A stretch of 16,547 nucleotides of DNA from a virus, in the UHGV virus genome UHGV-1600615; one strand, given 5' to 3'. This document shows positions 1 to 4,834 of the stretch, piece by piece. How positions within the stretch are numbered: position 1 is the first letter of the stretch; the number at the start of each line of letters is the position of its first letter. A program made the translations under genes and the position numbers. The notes beneath the pieces are model-generated. The model searched no databases. It was given only the letters and a program-made list of their open reading frames with translations, and was not told where the DNA came from.

Positions 1-49
1 GCGACCACCGAGATCTACACTCTTTCCCTACACGACGCTCTTCCGATCT
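1..49. other. Illumina TruSeq universal adapter (P5/Read-1 primer region), technical contamination
   Basis: Positions 1-49 read GCGACCACCGAGATCTACACTCTTTCCCTACACGACGCTCTTCCGATCT, the 3' 49 nt of the TruSeq universal adapter. Position 50 is A, consistent with an A-tailed insert ligated to the adapter T overhang. Confidence 0.95.
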
Positions 50-50
50 A

Positions 51-290
51 TCAGATGACTTTCTTCGGAAAAGCTCATTGCAGGGGATCTACCTGGACAG
101 TCTGCCAACGGCACAGGAACTTGCAGAGTTCAGAATTTACTGGATGGCTGAGGGTAAGGCATACCATCAGGCACAATGGGAGCAGAAGCTGGCAAGGCGG
201 CTGCAGATTAGCAGACAGAAGCAATCAACATTACCTGATAACAACGTTCCGCACTGGAACAGCCCTGAAGCGTGGGAGGATTTCTTGTGA
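51..290 (+). CDS. 3' end of an upstream gene truncated by the window start; possibly a replication initiator (O-like) given its position before the P-like gene
   Basis: Frame is open from the first insert base to TGA at 288-290 and overlaps the start of the P-like gene, as O and P do in lambdoid phages. No diagnostic motif was recognised; the function is inferred from synteny only. Confidence 0.35.
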   Translation, partial: SDDFLRKSSLQGIYLDSLPTAQELAEFRIYWMAEGKAYHQAQWEQKLARRLQISRQKQSTLPDNNVPHWNSPEAWEDFL

Positions 291-1072
291 ACAACGTTTT
301 TACCGCGATACAAAACCGTGACGGAGAAGCCCTTTCTCGCATGTCAGGTTATGAGCATCAGTACGTCAACAATGACAATGTGGTGAACATGTCAGCAGAG
401 AGGCTTGTTGATGCCCTTTTCAAACAGCTGAAACAACTGTTTCCGGCGGCAGTGGTAACCAACCTGAAGACGCCAGAGCAGGAAGTTGCTGCAAAACAGC
501 AGTGGATTGCTGCGTTTGCAGAAGGGGGGATCCGAACCCGTGAACAGGTTTCTGCTGGTATGCGCCACGCCCGCGCCAGTGAGTCTCCGTTCTGGCCGTC
601 GCCAGGGCAATTCATCAAGTGGTGTAAAGACAGCAAGATGGTTCTTGGCGTCACCATTGACGATGTGATGGCGGAGTTTCACCGGTACAGCAAGGAAAAA
701 AGTTTATATCCTGGTGGTCCCGAAAGATTCCCGTGGCGACATCCGGTTATGTACTGGGTCGTATGTGATACCCGCCGTGCAATGTATCAGCGCCAGCTTA
801 GCGAGATTGAGGTTGAGAAACACGCGCGCAGGCTGCTCGATGATTGGGCGAAAAAGGTGGCTTCCGGACAGCAGATACCCGATCCGGTGATCAGCATACA
901 GGCAAAGCCAGAGCCCATGAGTACGCCTCCGGACACAGGGAGAGACGTTTACCATCCACCAGGGCGAAGTTTCGGGTGCATGCCTAACGCCGCCACCCTT
1001 GGGGGAATAACACCGGCGCAGTGGCTGATGGAGGAATACAGGCGGGGAAAGGCGGCAGGATTTATCAAGTAA
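272..1072 (+). CDS. P: Lambda P-like replication protein (DnaB helicase loader)
   Basis: 266-aa ORF. The segment LFPAAVV...QQWIAAFAEGGIRTREQVSAGMRHARASESPFWPSPGQFIKWCKD...SLYPGGPERFPWRHPVMYWVV matches the conserved core of lambda P as recalled (FPASL...RRQWVLAFRENGITTMEQVNAGMRVARRQNRPFLPSPGQFVAWCRE...GLYPDAESYPWK..HYWLV). The start is uncertain: GTG at 272 or ATG at 341. Confidence 0.85.
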   Translation: MGGFLVNNVFTAIQNRDGEALSRMSGYEHQYVNNDNVVNMSAERLVDALFKQLKQLFPAAVVTNLKTPEQEVAAKQQWIAAFAEGGIRTREQVSAGMRHARASESPFWPSPGQFIKWCKDSKMVLGVTIDDVMAEFHRYSKEKSLYPGGPERFPWRHPVMYWVVCDTRRAMYQRQLSEIEVEKHARRLLDDWAKKVASGQQIPDPVISIQAKPEPMSTPPDTGRDVYHPPGRSFGCMPNAATLGGITPAQWLMEEYRRGKAAGFIK

Positions 1073-1077
1073 TACCA

Positions 1078-1097
1078 GCGCGATAGCGCATTTTTTT
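1078..1097 (+). terminator. Weak candidate intrinsic terminator after the P-like gene
   Basis: GCGC (1078-1081), loop GATA, GCGC (1086-1089), then A plus a run of seven T (1091-1097). The stem is only 4 bp, so this is weak. Confidence 0.3.
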
Positions 1098-1108
1098 ACG
1101 TCTATATG

Positions 1109-1187
1109 ATTACCTGGAAGGTAATAAAATGTTCTAATCTCTATTGATTTCATGTCTTATGTGGTTTTTAATTACCTAAGGGGTAAA
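1109..1187 (+). promoter_or_regulatory. Pair of similar 17-bp inverted-repeat sites (operator-like) upstream of the gene at 1190
   Basis: ATTACCTGGAAGGTAAT at 1109-1125 is a perfect 6-bp inverted repeat around a 5-bp spacer. ATTACCTAAGGGGTAAA at 1171-1187 is a near copy that overlaps the ribosome-binding site of the next gene. The region is AT-rich and intergenic. Confidence 0.3.
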
Positions 1188-1189
1188 TC

Positions 1190-1537
1190 ATGAGAAAACA
1201 GATACAGGCTCTTGGTCGACTCAAAACAGGCCAGATGAACAAAACAGAATCTGCGTATTGCCAGCACCTTGAGCTGCGTAAACGTGCAGGGGAAATCGCC
1301 TGGTATCGATTCGAGGGTATCAAGCTGCGGTTAGCTAATAACACGTTCTATACGCCCGATTTCGCTGTGATGCTCGCCACCGGCGAGATGGAGCTGCACG
1401 AAGTGAAAGGGGGATTCTGGACCGATGACGCCAGAGTGAAAACCAAAGTCGCCGCAGATCAGTATCCGTTCCGAATCATCGGGGTAACGGTTAAGCCAAA
1501 GAAAGCAGGTGGTGGCTGGAACATCGAAGAGTTCTGA
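1190..1537 (+). CDS. Small phage protein, DUF1064-like, with a PD-(D/E)xK nuclease-fold signature
   Basis: 115-aa ORF with ribosome-binding site AAGGGG 7 nt upstream of the ATG. It contains FYTPDF followed about 15 residues later by ELHEVKG, the D ... (D/E)xK pattern of restriction-endonuclease-like folds. Confidence 0.6.
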   Translation: MRKQIQALGRLKTGQMNKTESAYCQHLELRKRAGEIAWYRFEGIKLRLANNTFYTPDFAVMLATGEMELHEVKGGFWTDDARVKTKVAADQYPFRIIGVTVKPKKAGGGWNIEEF

Positions 1538-1598
1538 ATCGACGATCTTTTTAGTTATCAATGTAATCAATAAGTTATGTGGATAAGCGAGGGTAAAG

Positions 1599-2174
1599 AT
1601 GGACGGTAATATCAAAGGGTTAGTTTCCGCCGGGCATGAGATGGCTTCGGAACTGAAAGCTGAATGTGGTGCCGTTGATATGCGCAGTGTGGCAAAGCTG
1701 ATCAGCGATTTGGCAACGCAACTGGAAGTGCAACTGGTGCGTGCTAATGCGCTGGCAGCGGAGAATGCGGGGCTGAAGTCTGGCGCTATGGATGAAATCA
1801 AGGTTATCAACCGTGGAGGGCAGGCATATTGCGTAAAAGATGGAGTGCAAGTTAATCCCATGTATGCAAGAGGGTGGAATGACTATCGCGCAAAGTCTCT
1901 GCAATCAGACACCCCAGCCACCGATGCTTTCCTGGCTGAAGTGAAGACTGAAGCACGCAAGGAGGGCGCTTACTTTGTGGCGAACAGGATGCTGGCTGCC
2001 TGGGAAGCTGGTTTTATTGATGATACTGCGAAGAACGCCGCGGATATTGCCCGGATGATTCTTACCTCTACTGAGTTTATGGCTAATGCGCCGGAAGGCG
2101 ATTTTGACCGCTCATTCTCTGATGGCGTTCTCGAAGATATCGCCGCCCAGCTTCGCAAAGGAGGCAACCAGTGA
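1599..2174 (+). CDS. Hypothetical phage protein (nin-like accessory region)
   Basis: 191-aa ORF with ribosome-binding site GAGGG upstream of the ATG at 1599. The N-terminus is predicted helical or coiled-coil. No family recognised. Confidence 0.7.
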   Translation: MDGNIKGLVSAGHEMASELKAECGAVDMRSVAKLISDLATQLEVQLVRANALAAENAGLKSGAMDEIKVINRGGQAYCVKDGVQVNPMYARGWNDYRAKSLQSDTPATDAFLAEVKTEARKEGAYFVANRMLAAWEAGFIDDTAKNAADIARMILTSTEFMANAPEGDFDRSFSDGVLEDIAAQLRKGGNQ

Positions 2175-2692
2175 GCAAGATTGATTATCAAAAGCTTCGT
2201 GAAATCGCTGAAAAAACAAAAATTGCTGGTGAAGCACCTGTAATGCCTTTCGATCAGCGAATTAATGCGCTTAACGATTTTATGAAGCACTTTTCGCCAG
2301 ATATCGCGCTGGCATTGTTGGATGAACGGGAAAGAAACCTGCAATACATCAAAAGCCGCGACCAGGAGAACGAGGATATTGCGCTAACGGTAGGGAAGCT
2401 GCGCGTTGAGCTGGAAGCCGCAGAGAAGCGCATTGCAGAACTGGAAAGCAACGAAGTCCGTGAAGTCGGAAATCAGTTTCTTGTTGTTCGCCATCCTGGG
2501 AAAACTCCTGTCATCAAGCACTGCACTGGTGACCTGGAAGAGTTTCTGCGGAAGTTAATCGAACAAGACCCGTTAGTAACTATCGGCATCATTACGCATC
2601 GCTATTACGGGATTGGCGGTCAATGGGTTCAGGATGCAGTTGAGTATCTGCATATGATGTCTGACGCTGGCATTCGCATCAAAGGAGAGTGA
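2171..2692 (+). CDS. Ead/Ea22-like prophage protein (putative)
   Basis: 173-aa ORF starting at GTG 2171, with a perfect Shine-Dalgarno AAGGAGG 6 nt upstream and a GTGA overlap with the previous stop. The N-terminal QKLREIAEK and the coiled-coil segment ALLDE...LEAAEKRIAELE resemble the Ead/Ea22-like family common in E. coli lambdoid prophages, recalled from memory. Confidence 0.6.
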   Translation: MSKIDYQKLREIAEKTKIAGEAPVMPFDQRINALNDFMKHFSPDIALALLDERERNLQYIKSRDQENEDIALTVGKLRVELEAAEKRIAELESNEVREVGNQFLVVRHPGKTPVIKHCTGDLEEFLRKLIEQDPLVTIGIITHRYYGIGGQWVQDAVEYLHMMSDAGIRIKGE

Positions 2693-2693
2693 T

Positions 2694-2903
2694 ATGGCTA
2701 TCGCTGCAAGTTACACCATGCATCTCTATTGTGACTGCCGCCAGTGTACGGAAGGTGTATATCCAGTGCCAGACTTCGGTGAGTATATCGGTAGGTCATG
2801 GTCTGGTTGTGCAAAAGAGGCCCGTAAAGACGGGTGGCGAATAAGCGCCGACAAAACGCGTGCTTTTGCGCCCGGGCATAAAGTTTTGAGGATTAACAAA
2901 TGA
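2694..2903 (+). CDS. Small hypothetical Cys-containing protein
   Basis: 69-aa ORF with ribosome-binding site GGAG upstream. Start and stop are coupled to the neighbouring genes, including an ATGA overlap with the next gene. Contains CDCRQC ... C. Confidence 0.5.
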   Translation: MAIAASYTMHLYCDCRQCTEGVYPVPDFGEYIGRSWSGCAKEARKDGWRISADKTRAFAPGHKVLRINK

Positions 2904-3436
2904 CCACTATAACCGATAAGAAACAGTATCCCAGCGAGCAATATCTTAATGAGCTGATCACCAACATAGAGTTTGCTGCAAGGGCACCAGTTGAAGTCGT
3001 GAGAGCGATGGCAGCAGAGCTACAGAAGCGGCGCGAAGCTGATAGTGCAGAACCTGCAAGTAATCATGAAGAGTTGCCGCTTGATTATCTCCAAGGTCAA
3101 AAAGATGGTCTTGAATGGGCTGCGCAGCTTGCAGAAGCAAATCACCCACAAACTGGCGACTGGCTTTACGATGACCCGCTGGAGCTGGCTAAAGCTATCA
3201 GAAAAGGTCCTGACATGCCCGAATTCGATGGACCAACTCCGGTAACTCCGGATGGTTGGATAAGCTGTAGTGAGCGAATGCCGGATAATAATCACGACGT
3301 ACTTTTCTTCGATGTGTGGGGTTATATCCGGATGGGCTGGTTCAGTGCGGACGATCGTTCGTGGTTTACGTCGGATGATGGGTGCCGCATGGAGGTAACC
3401 CACTGGATGCCGCTACCAGAACCGCCCCAGGGGTGA
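2900..3436 (+). CDS. DUF551-domain phage protein
   Basis: 178-aa ORF. The C-terminus WISCSERMPD...VLFFDVWGY...VTHWMPLPEPP matches the DUF551 signature (ending W.PLPEPP) as recalled. Confidence 0.65.
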   Translation: MTTITDKKQYPSEQYLNELITNIEFAARAPVEVVRAMAAELQKRREADSAEPASNHEELPLDYLQGQKDGLEWAAQLAEANHPQTGDWLYDDPLELAKAIRKGPDMPEFDGPTPVTPDGWISCSERMPDNNHDVLFFDVWGYIRMGWFSADDRSWFTSDDGCRMEVTHWMPLPEPPQG

Positions 3437-3502
3437 AATGATGCTTGGCCTGAAGTATTTTATGTAATTGGTATTGCTATATTTTTATCTGGGGATAAAC
3501 GA

Positions 3503-3745
3503 ATGTTCTCTCTGATTCAACGTGGTCAGATATACACCGATAGCGCCGGCTATCCAGTAAAAATCATTCGTAGTACTGATCACTCAGTGTTCTTCAAGAG
3601 GATGGATGGCTATCCTGGAAGGGTGTGCATCAGAAAATTCAATAATTTATTCGAACACATTGATCACAGAGAATATCACCAGATCCTGGCTGAAACAGAA
3701 CAGGAGAACCATCTGAAAAAATTACGTGCCATGCAAAGGAGATAA
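3503..3745 (+). CDS. Hypothetical small phage protein
   Basis: 80-aa ORF preceded by an AT-rich intergenic region and ribosome-binding site GGGGAT. No family recognised. Confidence 0.55.
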   Translation: MFSLIQRGQIYTDSAGYPVKIIRSTDHSVFFKRMDGYPGRVCIRKFNNLFEHIDHREYHQILAETEQENHLKKLRAMQRR

Positions 3746-3777
3746 ACCGGTAAAGGTGTTCGCGATAAAGGTAAATA

Positions 3778-4119
3778 TTGATGGCTAAATCAGCAGCAGA
3801 GCGCAAAGCCGCTCAGAGAGCCAGACAAGCTGCATCTGGTGTGCGTAAGCTGGAAATTGTGCTTGATGCTCAGGAAATTGAAATGCTGGAGCGTAACTGT
3901 GCCACGCGTCGCCCCGGGCGTGCGCCTTACGAATTTGGTGAGTATATAGCGTTACTGATCCGCCAGGATGATGCACGCGTGCGCGGGCGTATAAAATCGA
4001 TCAGCAGAAAACGTTGCGGTAAGTGCGGCGGGAGAGTTCCAGTTAATTCATGCCCGTGTAATGGTGACTCGCAATGCTGGGTGACTAAAGGCTGGCATGA
4101 AACGAAATTAATAGTGTGA
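3778..4119 (+). CDS. Putative small DNA-binding regulator: ribbon-helix-helix-like N-terminus plus C-terminal Cys4 zinc-ribbon-like cluster
   Basis: 113-aa ORF; the likely start is the ATG at 3781. The N-terminal segment VRKLEIVLDAQEIEMLERN has a strand-then-helix pattern typical of ribbon-helix-helix proteins. The C-terminus carries RCGKCGG-x9-CPCNG. It is the last gene before the terminator and the packaging genes. Confidence 0.6.
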   Translation: MMAKSAAERKAAQRARQAASGVRKLEIVLDAQEIEMLERNCATRRPGRAPYEFGEYIALLIRQDDARVRGRIKSISRKRCGKCGGRVPVNSCPCNGDSQCWVTKGWHETKLIV

Positions 4120-4168
4120 CATGTCACGAGTAGATTATGCATGATGAATTTGATGGGTTTTGAATACT

Positions 4169-4195
4169 GCCGCCAACTATGGCGGCTTTATTTTG
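4169..4195 (+). terminator. Rho-independent terminator between the regulator gene and the terminase genes
   Basis: Perfect 7-bp stem GCCGCCA (4169-4175) and TGGCGGC (4180-4186) around loop ACTA, followed by TTTATTTT (4187-4194). Confidence 0.75.
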
Positions 4196-4198
4196 CAT

Positions 4199-4230
4199 GG
4201 TACTATTACCACAACGGTAACTATTACCAC
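4199..4230 (+). repeat. Tandem direct repeat GGTA(A)CTATTACCAC in the leader of the small terminase gene
   Basis: GGTACTATTACCAC at 4199-4212 and GGTAACTATTACCAC at 4216-4230. It lies between the terminator and the probable terS start codons at 4238/4241, and it contains the same ATTACC half-site seen at 1109-1187. Confidence 0.5.
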
Positions 4231-4237
4231 GGTGGTT

Positions 4238-4834
4238 ATGATGCCTGCTGAACCTAAAACCTATAAACGCAAATCAACGCAATTTAAGCCACTAACAGCA
4301 ATGCAGGAGGCTTATTGCCAGTCATACATCAAAACGCCTGAAAACCAGACTCAGGCAGCGATTAACGCAGGATTCTCCCCAAATACAGCGGCAGTTAAAG
4401 CCAGTGTCATGATGCGCGATGAACGCATTCAAAAACGGATTGCCGAGCTGATGGAGGAGCGCAACAAACGAATGCGCGTCAGTGCCGATTACGTTCTTAT
4501 GCGCCTGGTGGAGATCGACCAGATGGATGTGATCGACATCCTCAACGACGATGGGAGCCTTAAGCCAATCCGCGAGTGGCCGAAAATCTGGCGCACTACG
4601 CTTAGTGGCTTTGATCTGTCATCGACCATCATGAACATGAACGAGGATTCGATAGAGACAATCCTCAAAAAAATTAAATGGCCTGACAAGGTGAAGAACC
4701 TTGAGCTGATTGGTAAGCATGTTGATGTCAACGCGTTCAAAGAACGTCTGGATGTTAATGTGAATGTGACAATTGCTGATCGCATAGCAGCAGCCAGGAA
4801 GCGACTCAAAGAACGTCAGGATGGTAATCAGTGA
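4238..4834 (+). CDS. terS: Terminase small subunit (Terminase_2-type)
   Basis: LTAMQEAYCQSYIKTPENQTQAAINAGFSPNTAAVKASVMM...RVSADYVLMRLVEID matches the conserved helix-turn-helix core of Terminase_2 small subunits. The track ORF starts at TTG 4160, but that would span the terminator hairpin, so the ATG at 4238/4241 (GGTGG ribosome-binding site upstream) is preferred. The stop overlaps the next start as GTGA. Confidence 0.85.
   Translation: MMPAEPKTYKRKSTQFKPLTAMQEAYCQSYIKTPENQTQAAINAGFSPNTAAVKASVMMRDERIQKRIAELMEERNKRMRVSADYVLMRLVEIDQMDVIDILNDDGSLKPIREWPKIWRTTLSGFDLSSTIMNMNEDSIETILKKIKWPDKVKNLELIGKHVDVNAFKERLDVNVNVTIADRIAAARKRLKERQDGNQ

Noticed and set aside
55-321. Alternative-frame + strand ORFs overlapping the called genes (55..321, 486..668, 9792..10202, 10606..10836, 11751..11966, 13787..14170, 14479..14673, 15045..15266)
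   Set aside because: They overlap, in a different frame, genes whose products carry recognisable motifs. The translations are low-complexity or Cys/Arg-rich, as expected for out-of-frame reads.
704-1153. Minus-strand ORFs of 60-245 aa throughout the window (for example 704..1153, 1331..1861, 6430..7167, 10838..11542, 14633..15250, 15722..16066)
   Set aside because: Each lies antisense inside a well-supported + strand gene with recognisable protein motifs. They have no ribosome-binding sites or intergenic spacing of their own. Long antisense ORFs are common in coding DNA of about 50% GC.
3437-3502. Possible sigma-70 promoter upstream of the gene at 3503 (extended -10-like TGCTATATT near 3475-3483)
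   Set aside because: The -35 match is poor and the hexamers cannot be distinguished from AT-rich background by eye. It was left out of the feature list for want of supporting evidence.
3503-4119. Possible toxin-antitoxin pair (80-aa ORF followed by the ribbon-helix-helix-like 113-aa ORF)
   Set aside because: The gene order, the 32-bp gap and the lack of any recognisable toxin motif (RelE/ParE, MazF and similar) in the 80-aa protein do not support a toxin-antitoxin module. The larger protein has an additional zinc-ribbon-like cluster not typical of antitoxins.
4116-4127. Perfect 12-bp palindrome GTGACATGTCAC overlapping the stop codon of the 3778..4119 gene
   Set aside because: A 12-bp perfect palindrome is expected about four times by chance in 16.5 kb. 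There is no second copy or partner site, so it was not called as an operator.
4160-4237. Track start (TTG 4160) for the small terminase ORF
   Set aside because: The first 26 codons would span the terminator hairpin and the tandem repeats, and they encode a low-complexity TITTTVTITT stretch. The ATG at 4238/4241, with a GGTGG ribosome-binding site, is more plausible.
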